A DNA stretch of 53,730 bases from a virus (Duplodnaviria > Caudoviricetes): positions 1-53,730 of the IMG/VR virus record IMGVR_UViG_3300003319_000115, one strand, 5' to 3'. The position numbers and the translations under genes are program-made. Shown piece by piece: positions 1 to 8,961 of the stretch. Within the stretch, counting starts at the first letter, position 1; each line of letters starts with the position of its first letter. The notes below the pieces were generated by a model that worked only from the letters and a program-made list of their open reading frames with translations, was not told the origin of the DNA and did not search any database.

Positions 1-24
1 CAAGCTTCCTGTCCAAAAGCTACG
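1..24. repeat. 24-bp terminal direct repeat (copy at 53707-53730); assembly overlap indicating a circular or circularly permuted complete genome
   Basis: caagcttcctgtccaaaagctacg at both ends; the PolA frame (..GKFKLPVQKLR|DGKVTT..) continues across the junction. Confidence 0.95.
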
Positions 25-436
25 CGATGGAAAGGTCACTACGAACGAGGACGCAATCGTATATCTCATTGGCTACGCAAAAGGAAAAGCCGAAAGCTAT
101 AAAACTATACAATATAAAAACCAATGGCTTCTTATCGAAGCTATTCTTCGCGGTATCTTGGAAATTAGAGGCATTCGTCAGTTGTTGTCGAATTATATTC
201 TCGCCCGCATTTCCGCAGACAACAGAATTCGTTCTACTTATAAAGTCGCCGGGCCGGAAACAGGTCGTTGGGCCGCTGAACATTTTGTTGATGGATCAGG
301 AAACAACGCTCAGACATTCCCTAGAGGTCACGTCGAATTAACAGAAGGAGAAATGGCGGATGTTGAGAAGTTACTTAAAGAGCTTGAGAGTGAGGTTGAA
401 GAGGATCAAGAAGAACTTGAAGAAGAATATGCATAA
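2..436 (+). CDS. polA: 3' part of the DNA polymerase A N-terminal subunit (thumb/palm start), continuing the ORF from 52427; ends in an acidic tail
   Basis: Open frame from base 2; ETGRWAA and GNNAQTFPR match PolA TGRLSS and NLQNIP; stop after ELESEVEEDQEELEEEYA. Confidence 0.88.
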   Translation, partial: KLPVQKLRDGKVTTNEDAIVYLIGYAKGKAESYKTIQYKNQWLLIEAILRGILEIRGIRQLLSNYILARISADNRIRSTYKVAGPETGRWAAEHFVDGSGNNAQTFPRGHVELTEGEMADVEKLLKELESEVEEDQEELEEEYA

Positions 437-560
437 ACATGCTGGTTATGTGGTTACTTGGTATGCAATGGGAAGGTTAAGAGTCGGGCTTAAGTGTAGT
501 GAGTGTGGAGCTATAGTCGGACAAGATTGGGTACCTGAACATATTTTCGATGAAAATTAA
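429..560 (+). CDS. 43-aa putative Zn-ribbon protein between the two PolA halves
   Basis: MHKHAGY...KCSECG...; HxH plus CxxC; overlaps the upstream stop and the downstream start. Confidence 0.6.
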   Translation: MHKHAGYVVTWYAMGRLRVGLKCSECGAIVGQDWVPEHIFDEN

Positions 561-1395
561 AATCCGCTCCATGATAGTCGCACCTCCTGGTAAAGTTCTA
601 CTAATGTGTGACTTATCTCAAGCTGAATCGTGGGTAGTAGCATACTTAGCTAACGAACCACGGATGAAACATGCTTTGCAATACGGAGATATTCATACGG
701 AGACAGCGGGTAGTGCAATATTCTTTCCATACGGATGTAGTCATAATTGGGATAAAGATTTACGAACGTGTAGTGTTTGCGGTAATGTTGTTACAACTGA
801 GATGCGGTACATCGGAAAGAGATGGAATCATGCTTCTGCATACCGTATGAAACCTGCGCGGGCTGCACAAGTAGTAAATAAGGACAGCGACCAGCCCCCT
901 TATGTAACTATCACCGTTGCACAATCAACCGAATACAGTAAGGCTTGGCATTCCTACTATAACCTCAAACCGTGGTGGGGTGAAATTGAGTACCAACTTG
1001 GAGTTAACCGCACTATGGTTACTCCTTATGGTCGTAAGAGGACTTTCTTTGGTGGATGGGGAGATGAGTTATTCAAAGAAGCAACCGCGTTTGTACCACA
1101 ATCAACGGTTGCGGATCATTTTAATGGTGCTGTGCAACCTGAACTTGGTATTAGTGGGGGTTTGCTTAGTATTTATACTAATATTGTTCTACCAAATCCA
1201 GAAATTAAACTAATCAACCAGAGTCACGATAGTTGTATGTTGGAAGTTCCACAGAGTAGTTACGTTGAAGTAGCCCAACAAATGAAGAGTTACTTATTCC
1301 GCCCGATTATCATTAACGGAGAAACTTGTTCCATTCCAGTTGATTGCGAGGTTGGTGAACGTTGGGGAGAACTAGAGAAACTAAAGGTGGCTTAA
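550..1395 (+). CDS. polA: DNA polymerase A catalytic C-terminal subunit (motifs A, B, C)
   Basis: IRSMIVAPPG, motif A DLSQAE, DIH, motif B RYIGKRWNHASAY, TPYGRKR, PQST, motif C HDS, C-terminal IPVDCEVGERWGEL. Confidence 0.93.
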   Translation: MKIKIRSMIVAPPGKVLLMCDLSQAESWVVAYLANEPRMKHALQYGDIHTETAGSAIFFPYGCSHNWDKDLRTCSVCGNVVTTEMRYIGKRWNHASAYRMKPARAAQVVNKDSDQPPYVTITVAQSTEYSKAWHSYYNLKPWWGEIEYQLGVNRTMVTPYGRKRTFFGGWGDELFKEATAFVPQSTVADHFNGAVQPELGISGGLLSIYTNIVLPNPEIKLINQSHDSCMLEVPQSSYVEVAQQMKSYLFRPIIINGETCSIPVDCEVGERWGELEKLKVA

Positions 1396-1572
1396 ATGTA
1401 CGGTATTGAACTAGATACAGAAGAAAAGGCACGCTGTTGGGACGAGATGATTAGTATGTTGGAGGAGCTTGGTAAGAAAGATGATGTTAAAGCTAAGACC
1501 GTTGTCAGTATTGTTAGTACCTTAATTCGTGCTGCTATGTTAGTAGTGAAGATGGAACTTGATAAGAGATAA
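1396..1572 (+). CDS. hypothetical protein (58 aa)
   Basis: ATG directly after the polA stop; MYGIELDTEEKARCWDEM...; fills the gap to the next gene. Confidence 0.65.
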   Translation: MYGIELDTEEKARCWDEMISMLEELGKKDDVKAKTVVSIVSTLIRAAMLVVKMELDKR

Positions 1573-1575
1573 ATT

Positions 1576-1905
1576 ATGAAACTAACTAAAACAGTAACTA
1601 GAGTAGAAATGGAAGATGCCATATACAACCCACCGTGGTATATGGGTAAAGCCCACACGGATTTTGATAGAGATACAATTACATATACAGTCATTCCTTT
1701 CAATGTAATTGTAGCTTTTATCAATTACCTACTTATTCAAATTCGATTTCGTTTACCTATAAATTTACAAGAAGCTGAAAAACACAATTATTATCAATTA
1801 GGTTACAAAAGGGGTTTCGAAAACGGTTGCATTAAGGGTGCTGCTGACGCTAGTGCTCATTGGACAGACAGAGTAAAAAATGGCTTACCAAAGAAAATGT
1901 CCTAA
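1576..1905 (+). CDS. hypothetical protein
   Basis: ORF in operon context. Confidence 0.6.
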   Translation: MKLTKTVTRVEMEDAIYNPPWYMGKAHTDFDRDTITYTVIPFNVIVAFINYLLIQIRFRLPINLQEAEKHNYYQLGYKRGFENGCIKGAADASAHWTDRVKNGLPKKMS

Positions 1906-3049
1906 CTGGCTAGAGAGTTTTATAACGTGGTCAATGCCGAGAAGTGAAGCACCTTCGACCTTCATCCTCTGGACGGGATTATTCACGTTATCCTCCGCAC
2001 TTAGACGTAGAGTACAAGTTCCCAAAACACTTCTTGGCGGTTGGGCTGCACCACCAAATTTATACGTTATCTTTGTAGCACCACCCGGTAAAGCACGTAA
2101 GTCTACAACTGCCGGTTATGCAGATGACTTACTTGACGATGTGCCGGGGATTACACGTTCCTCCACTAGCACCAGTCAAGCCGCTTTAATGAAAAAGATT
2201 GCAGACACGGATGATAGCTCTATTTCCATCCTCTCGTCCGAGTTTGCAACCTTTATCCTTAAATCCGGCCTTGATATGTTCGACTTCCTAACCGATATCT
2301 ACGATGGCAAAAAATCTATTACAAACGAAACCATCGGACGTGGATTTGAGTTCGCGAATAAACCCTGCATTAATATGCTCGCTGCAACAACTCCTGAATG
2401 GATTGCAACAGGAATGCCAGAGAGCGTTATTGGAGGAGGGTTTGCGTCGAGAGTCATCTTCATCTATGAAGATAAGGTCCGCAGACGGCAACTTATTTAT
2501 AAGAATCTCGATTATACCGGAATTAACAGACTTCACGATGATCTTAAATCGGACTTGATTCACATTGCAACGAACATTGCAGGGGATTTTGCGTTCGATA
2601 ACGTATTAACAGAACAATGGATTAACAATTGGTACGTAGAAAACGCTGACAAACTACCGCCTGAACAGTACAAACTCCACGGTTATTACGAACGAAAGCC
2701 CGCTCATATCTTAAAAGTAGCCCAGCTTCTACATGTTGCTTATTCAGATGAACTTGTTCTTACTCAAAAAGATTTAGAAAACGCCATTACAATACTAGAA
2801 CAAGTCGAAAAGAATCTACCAAAAGCATTTAACATGATTGGTAAAAATCGTTACACTGTAGACATGAGACGTATTCTTGAATACATTCAAGAAAAGAAAA
2901 AGGTTGGACGTCGAGAACTGCTTAGTAATTTCTACCAAGCAGCGACACCCAACCTTTTAAACGAACTAGTTGCGGGCTTAATTCAAATGGGAGCAGTAGT
3001 TAGTGAATATAACCGAGAGGAAGAAGAAGCCTATTACATAGCAGTATAA
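1880..3049 (+). CDS. DUF3987/YfjI-like P-loop ATPase, probable replicative helicase
   Basis: PPNLYVIFVAPPGKARKSTT Walker A variant, LSSEF Walker B-like, GGGFASRVIF arginine finger; next to polA. Confidence 0.75.
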   Translation: MAYQRKCPNWLESFITWSMPRSEAPSTFILWTGLFTLSSALRRRVQVPKTLLGGWAAPPNLYVIFVAPPGKARKSTTAGYADDLLDDVPGITRSSTSTSQAALMKKIADTDDSSISILSSEFATFILKSGLDMFDFLTDIYDGKKSITNETIGRGFEFANKPCINMLAATTPEWIATGMPESVIGGGFASRVIFIYEDKVRRRQLIYKNLDYTGINRLHDDLKSDLIHIATNIAGDFAFDNVLTEQWINNWYVENADKLPPEQYKLHGYYERKPAHILKVAQLLHVAYSDELVLTQKDLENAITILEQVEKNLPKAFNMIGKNRYTVDMRRILEYIQEKKKVGRRELLSNFYQAATPNLLNELVAGLIQMGAVVSEYNREEEEAYYIAV

Positions 3050-3051
3050 CT

Positions 3052-6000
3052 CTACTTCCTCTTAGGTGTGTTACCAGTCCATTGATCCACCACACTAGCT
3101 GGACCTCTCTCATAACCTAAACCTAATCCAATACCTGTATTAACTTCCTCAAGTTTTAACTTATAATACTCTCCACTATCATCAATGGTGGGAACGCTAA
3201 TCGTGTAGCCTTCGCGCACGATTTCGTCCCACCAATTTTTATTTTGTTCATCTACGCGCGCACCTAAAGCTTGGCCCGCTACTTGATATCCCAAGTAACC
3301 ATTTTGCCACATTTCAAAAGCCCGCCACCAACCACTAACTGCGGAGTAGCCGGGAACCATTAAGGTCGCGTTGCGTAACAAGTTCTTCCTACCTGCCGTA
3401 GCAATAAACTCATTATCGTTTGTTGCGTCTCTAGCATTCTGATATGCAGTTACGAGAGGACCACCACCAAACAAGAGTGAGTTTGGTGTAGTCATCCAAC
3501 CGGATAAGTTAAATCCAGTAACAGCGTCGGCAGCGCGTAGAGCGATTTGAACTTCTGAAAACCTACGCATTCTTCCTACACGTTCTCCTAAATCCCCCAA
3601 CGTTGCTAACTTTCCTACAAATCTACTTTGCCACGCTGTCCATTGACCAAACTGACCAAACACTTTACCAGCTAACTTATCCCAACCTAAGGGATGGTTC
3701 ATGGCCCCATACACAAATCCTGTTTGTGCCCCATTAACACGCGCTAAGAACTTAGCGGCGTCTTGATATTGTTGCTTAGTGATAAGCCGGTCGAACTCTA
3801 GTTGAACGGAAGGATCGAAGGCGCTTAGACCAATCTTTTTATACACTTGCGCTTTATTCTCACTCCCATTCACTAATCCCTTCAACGCTTCCGCCGTGTT
3901 CGTAAACGATTCTAGGAACGCCGCCGAATGAAAGTTGTCATAAGCAGTTTTCTGCATCGAACCCGTAAACATGACATTCATGTAACCTTCCATGAGGCCA
4001 CGCCCAAACTCACGAACAACTCCGGGTTGTTCACCGGGAACGGAGAATTCAATAGGACTGAATTCACCAAATTGACCGGATTTCTTAAAGGCTTCCCGGA
4101 GTTCCCTCATTTCTCCGGTAGGTGCTAGGTACTTCAACAACCTTCTCGTTCTCTCCAATCCATGTAATGCATAATAGTTACCAATCATTCCTACAAAGTC
4201 ACGCGCACCTGCAACTGGACGTAAACCCTGTGCAGAAGCTTCAGCAATACCAATGTAGCGATTGAAGGTTTTACTGAACAGTTCAGCAACGTCTTTGGGA
4301 CTACGCTGGATACCTAACGTTTTTAAGAACTCCGAAGTATGCTCTGCCGTAGCATCAGCAATACGCTTACTACGGCCCGCCATACCTTCTAAGTAATCTA
4401 CCATCCTTGTCTCGATCTGTTGTGCATTCTTAGGTGCAGTAAGAGCAATACGTTTTACTTCTGCACTTATAGCATTCTTAGCATTGTTCCATGCTTCATT
4501 AAAGCCAAGCTCCTTTTTAATCGCACCAGTAGCATAACGAACTAACAGAGACATTGGATCTCTGTCAAGCATGTCGTTATTTAGCTCACCAGTGCGTATG
4601 AGTTCGCTAACAAACTCGTCAGGGCGACGCGACTTTAAAATATCTTCCTCAATAATAGCATCAGGGAATTGTCTATAGTGAGGAATGTACACTCTGATAA
4701 TGCGATCTTCTGCAATACCAGTAAGTTTGCTCAAGTCTCTAAAGTGGTCATCAAGCATCCGTGCAGCAACAGTAAATCTACCTTTAAGGTGTTCGGGAAC
4801 ACGTTGCTTAAGAAACTCATCTCGCGTAAGCCCAAACTTAGGGTCAAGTGCTTGTGCATAACGAGTAATAGCTAATAGAGAACTAGTATTCATATTACTA
4901 GCTGTTACTCGTTGAAACATTTCAAATGCTTTCATATGTAAGTCGTCCATTTGCATTTGATCTTTATGGACAGACATTACAGCTTGGAAAGCTTCAGGTT
5001 CTAATCCACGCTTCTCAGCATTGATATAAGCACGACGATACTTGAATACTTTATCAAGATCCACCTTGTTATCATACAACCATTGACCATCAGTAACTTC
5101 CTGTTTGGTCATTGAGCGGTGGAGGAGAGACGAGCGAACCTCGTTAGCACTAAGGGTTTCGGTGTAATCAAGTAAAAGTGCCCGCTCAGCACTAGTCATT
5201 CCCTTTAATACGTTGTCTAAGGGAAGGAACTTAACTTTCAGAGGTGTTACCTTACTAACATATTGTCTATGCAATACTTGTAAGCTATCGAATACTCTTG
5301 CGTAAAGACTTGTACGATACGTGTTATCAATAGATTTAAAATAATCGCCTCTAGCTGTTAACCAGGGTAAGCGAATATTGAGATAGTCAGCAATACCACC
5401 CAAGAACTTACTACCATAATTCGCTTCAAAGGGTTGCTCATACGCTTTAGGATACCTAACAGGCATACTCGGAGGTAACACAACTCCATCAGGAACAGGA
5501 GAATCAACAAGATCAATATTCTTCTCTTGTCCTGATTTATTAACAAACGCTAATGCTTCTTCACCGTTGCTGAACTTTTCCAGTACCTTCCCATCTTGTA
5601 CTCTCCTTAATATCACACCCCCACCCGGAACCATGTCGAAGTACATATTGTTCGTAATGGTAGCTACACTAAGTCTAGACGCAACCTCAGTATTAGCATC
5701 AATGTGACGTTGACGCTCCTCTAAGAGTCGGTCTATAGTAGCTTTGAGAACTGCGTGTTCTTCGTCGGGCAGTAGCTTTTCGAGACGTTTATTAAATCTA
5801 CTAACAAACTCATTTCTTAACGCAGGTATATCAGCTTGTGTGAATCCCTTTTCCTGCACAAAGGACTCAAACAAGTTATTGAAATTTATGCTAGCTGAAC
5901 CCCTTAACTTATCATACGCTTCTGCTAGCTGAGAAATCGTATGATAGAACTCAGCAAAGTATTGATTCAAAACTCTATCATACTTATCTTGAAGCTTGTT

Positions 6001-8961
6001 CTTTAATGGTGTAATCTTCACACCATCCATTTCTTGCTTGAGAACAAGTAGGCGGGCTCTTGCTGCATCACTGCCGGGAGCGGGCGTTGGTGTTGCCTGC
6101 TTAACACTTTGTAGCTCTGATACATTCTTATTAACATCACCTTTACCTAACTCAAACTCCAAACGGTCAATATCATTAGTTGATGTACTCAAGCTTTTGA
6201 TCGTTCCTAGTACACCAAAATCCTGATTCTTTAACAAACTCGTGTCACCAATCAACTCGCTAACAGCACCAGCAACTTGCTTGAATCGCTTGTCGAAGAA
6301 TTCTGTTTCACCAATACGAGGACTTTCTCTATTTCTAATTGCGCCATAATCATCATACAGCTTGGCTAAAGCTTCATTCAAATCTTTGTACTTTGAAATA
6401 TAATAATTAGCAATATCACTCGGTGACCCTGTGTACCAAGTTCTAATTGCTTCACGGTCGAATGCGTCTTTTTCTTTGTAATTAAGCTTAAGGTCTTGAG
6501 TAATATTTCTAAGTAAATTATCACTATCTACAGAAGGATGTGATAATCCTTCCAACAGGGTATTAATATCAACTTTCGCCACTGTACCTCTAGCTAATAC
6601 ATATTCAACTACATCCCCACCTAAACCGATAATATAGTTTAGTTGGGGATTTTGCGTTTCTGCTGGTCCAACTTTCTTAGGTTCAGCTAAACCTAATGAT
6701 ACTAAAGCATCGTGTTTTCCTCTTTCAAAATTAGGATTCTTAGTACCATTTCCCTCTTTTAAATATCCAATCATCTCTGGTTGAACTTTCAAAGCACCAA
6801 CGTCAACTAGTTCTGTAACAATTCCACCAATATAAGTCATGTTCAACAACCGTAGTGCTTCTGTATCATTTGGCACTATCTTATTAAAATGATCGTACAA
6901 TGAATCTAATGCTTCATTAATGGATTTTCTAGAATTAAGATAATGTGTAACAATACGCACACCGTCACCAGTTAACCATACTTCTGTATCATCGTGGGTT
7001 AATGGTGTTGCAATCTTTTCTCCTTCGGTCTTGCTTATAATATGTGCAATAACAGTTTCTCTATCAAGCCCCATCTCAGGGTCATTAATTGCTTCATTTA
7101 AGATATCAAATGGAGCATAGTTAAGTAACATCCTTTGTTGTTGATTTTTATCTAAATTACCATAACGCAACATGAAATTTGTGTAACGCTTAGACCCCTT
7201 AAATTCTTTACCAACAACACTCCCCTTCGCCATCTTAGCCTTCAATGCTTCCAACTTCGCTTCAACAGTATTTGGAGAGCGAGGAATAATTGTAGCTTGT
7301 GCAGCATTGGGAACGTCGCGGATGTCGTTGTGCTTGACTGAAAGCTCATTACCCTCACTGTCCTTCAACTTAATAACGTCACCATCTTGACCCTGAACAA
7401 AATACGACTTCCCATTAACAGAAACTTCCTCTTGCGGAATAAAGCCCGTTCGTTGAAAGAACTCAATGTGCCCAGTTGGTGTATTCTTATCTGCAATCAA
7501 TACATCAAACGTACCATCAGCATTCTTTCTGCTGATTCCTTGGCGCACGTTCTTAACAACATCATCATCCTCTAGTTTGGGAGGATTATTTATCAACTCC
7601 TTTAATTCTGCTTCCTCTCTAATTAAATTACTTTCCAACCTTGCCCGATCAGCAGCAAATTCTACAGTACCAGCAGCTTTAATTGCTTTGATGTCAGCAA
7701 TAATACGTTCCTTAATGTCTATCTCATCTTCATATGCTTGATACTTAGCTGCCCCCTTTTCTGTGAACAATGTCTCTGCGTGAGCAAAACTAGAAGCAAT
7801 ATCAGCAGATTGCACACCACGAACGATCTGTGCTCCCGGTATGCGTAACTTACCAGTGATTACAGCTTGAGCTAGATTATCAGCTGTAGCTATCGCCTCT
7901 AACTTCGCTGTACCAGAATTGATACTATCATCAATGTAAAGCTTTAATTGACGCTCATAGAGTAAGTTACGAGCTACAGTCTGAATAAGCTCGGGAGCTT
8001 CTAGAACGTTCCTTCCTCTAACACCTTGAAAGAAATCCACCGCAAACCCTAGTGGAATTCCCATAATGGTATTAAAGACGATATTCTTAAATGCATCTTT
8101 ATTACCAGCTTCACCAACAATACCGCCCGCTAAACCACCCACTGCACCACCCACCGTATCACCGATTAGATCGCGAGCTAACTTACCTAAACGTGGACCA
8201 CGTGCAGCATTTAGTAAAGCTTCACGACCAACGGTTTGTGTTGTACCTTTTACTAAGTTCTCTGCAATTTCTTTTCCTGCTTTCCTAAACGCACTTCCAG
8301 CCAAAGCTTCCTTTGTCACCATAGAAGCTCCACCAGTAGCGAAAATCATGATACCGTCAGCAAGGGCGTCTCGCATCTTTTCAGCCCTTTCCTCGGGCTT
8401 TAAGGCCCTCAAATCCTCACCAAAGGCTGTGTTTGCGAGAGTTTCAATGGGTCGCCCAACCATCTCCAAAAGCCCCAAGCCTAACGCGGGAACCCCTTTG
8501 GCAATAGTTGATAACTTTTCATCGCTCTTAGCAAAAGAGCGAGCAGAGTTGACAAACTCTTGTGCTCCTTCCGCACCACCACTAAGAGCCTGTACTCTAG
8601 CTGGAGTAAGGTCTTGTACACCAGAAATAGTGTAATCACCAATAGCTAACAGCTTGTTATAAAGCGCTACTGTAAAATCACTATAATCAGTGTTTTGTAA
8701 GTTAGTTAAAATTTTGTATCTATCAGCCAAGGCTTGCTTATTAATCATGTAATAGCCCGGCGTAAAAGCTTGCATGGTACGGGCTAAACCTGAAATATAC
8801 GATGTAAACGTAGTACGAGGTATACTATCGTCAACTTCGTCTAAAACACTATAATCAATCTTAGTATCTACTGCTTTTCTAGTAGATGATTTTCCCGGCG
8901 CTGTTTGCTTAGGTTCTTCCTCCTCAAGAATGCTCCAATCAATAGGCTTGGGTCCAGTCAT
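3052..8961 (-). CDS. very large internal virion / DNA ejection protein (1969 aa)
   Basis: Last gene of a podovirus-like late operon; Gly/Ala-rich hydrophobic N-terminal segments and helical body; assigned by position. Confidence 0.6.
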   Translation of the reverse strand: MTGPKPIDWSILEEEEPKQTAPGKSSTRKAVDTKIDYSVLDEVDDSIPRTTFTSYISGLARTMQAFTPGYYMINKQALADRYKILTNLQNTDYSDFTVALYNKLLAIGDYTISGVQDLTPARVQALSGGAEGAQEFVNSARSFAKSDEKLSTIAKGVPALGLGLLEMVGRPIETLANTAFGEDLRALKPEERAEKMRDALADGIMIFATGGASMVTKEALAGSAFRKAGKEIAENLVKGTTQTVGREALLNAARGPRLGKLARDLIGDTVGGAVGGLAGGIVGEAGNKDAFKNIVFNTIMGIPLGFAVDFFQGVRGRNVLEAPELIQTVARNLLYERQLKLYIDDSINSGTAKLEAIATADNLAQAVITGKLRIPGAQIVRGVQSADIASSFAHAETLFTEKGAAKYQAYEDEIDIKERIIADIKAIKAAGTVEFAADRARLESNLIREEAELKELINNPPKLEDDDVVKNVRQGISRKNADGTFDVLIADKNTPTGHIEFFQRTGFIPQEEVSVNGKSYFVQGQDGDVIKLKDSEGNELSVKHNDIRDVPNAAQATIIPRSPNTVEAKLEALKAKMAKGSVVGKEFKGSKRYTNFMLRYGNLDKNQQQRMLLNYAPFDILNEAINDPEMGLDRETVIAHIISKTEGEKIATPLTHDDTEVWLTGDGVRIVTHYLNSRKSINEALDSLYDHFNKIVPNDTEALRLLNMTYIGGIVTELVDVGALKVQPEMIGYLKEGNGTKNPNFERGKHDALVSLGLAEPKKVGPAETQNPQLNYIIGLGGDVVEYVLARGTVAKVDINTLLEGLSHPSVDSDNLLRNITQDLKLNYKEKDAFDREAIRTWYTGSPSDIANYYISKYKDLNEALAKLYDDYGAIRNRESPRIGETEFFDKRFKQVAGAVSELIGDTSLLKNQDFGVLGTIKSLSTSTNDIDRLEFELGKGDVNKNVSELQSVKQATPTPAPGSDAARARLLVLKQEMDGVKITPLKNKLQDKYDRVLNQYFAEFYHTISQLAEAYDKLRGSASINFNNLFESFVQEKGFTQADIPALRNEFVSRFNKRLEKLLPDEEHAVLKATIDRLLEERQRHIDANTEVASRLSVATITNNMYFDMVPGGGVILRRVQDGKVLEKFSNGEEALAFVNKSGQEKNIDLVDSPVPDGVVLPPSMPVRYPKAYEQPFEANYGSKFLGGIADYLNIRLPWLTARGDYFKSIDNTYRTSLYARVFDSLQVLHRQYVSKVTPLKVKFLPLDNVLKGMTSAERALLLDYTETLSANEVRSSLLHRSMTKQEVTDGQWLYDNKVDLDKVFKYRRAYINAEKRGLEPEAFQAVMSVHKDQMQMDDLHMKAFEMFQRVTASNMNTSSLLAITRYAQALDPKFGLTRDEFLKQRVPEHLKGRFTVAARMLDDHFRDLSKLTGIAEDRIIRVYIPHYRQFPDAIIEEDILKSRRPDEFVSELIRTGELNNDMLDRDPMSLLVRYATGAIKKELGFNEAWNNAKNAISAEVKRIALTAPKNAQQIETRMVDYLEGMAGRSKRIADATAEHTSEFLKTLGIQRSPKDVAELFSKTFNRYIGIAEASAQGLRPVAGARDFVGMIGNYYALHGLERTRRLLKYLAPTGEMRELREAFKKSGQFGEFSPIEFSVPGEQPGVVREFGRGLMEGYMNVMFTGSMQKTAYDNFHSAAFLESFTNTAEALKGLVNGSENKAQVYKKIGLSAFDPSVQLEFDRLITKQQYQDAAKFLARVNGAQTGFVYGAMNHPLGWDKLAGKVFGQFGQWTAWQSRFVGKLATLGDLGERVGRMRRFSEVQIALRAADAVTGFNLSGWMTTPNSLLFGGGPLVTAYQNARDATNDNEFIATAGRKNLLRNATLMVPGYSAVSGWWRAFEMWQNGYLGYQVAGQALGARVDEQNKNWWDEIVREGYTISVPTIDDSGEYYKLKLEEVNTGIGLGLGYERGPASVVDQWTGNTPKRK

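Noticed and set aside
330-600. Split intein or self-splicing intron at the PolA break (acidic tail plus basic MKIKIR start recalls split DnaE inteins)
   Set aside because: No N-terminal Cys/Ser intein block and no His-Asn/Cys junction; the gap is too short for a group I/II intron and is filled by a coupled ORF
8066-8635. Antisense and alternate-frame ORFs in the track (e.g. 8066-8635 +, 29929-30585 -, 46927-47367 -, 52674-53114 +, 53223-53453 +)
   Set aside because: They shadow well-supported genes on the other strand or frame and have no motifs or start signals
3052-8961. Virion RNA polymerase (N4- or crAss-type)
   Set aside because: No DxDGD/DFDID or T7-like motifs found by eye; host-type sigma70 promoters are present. 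Not excluded without structure prediction
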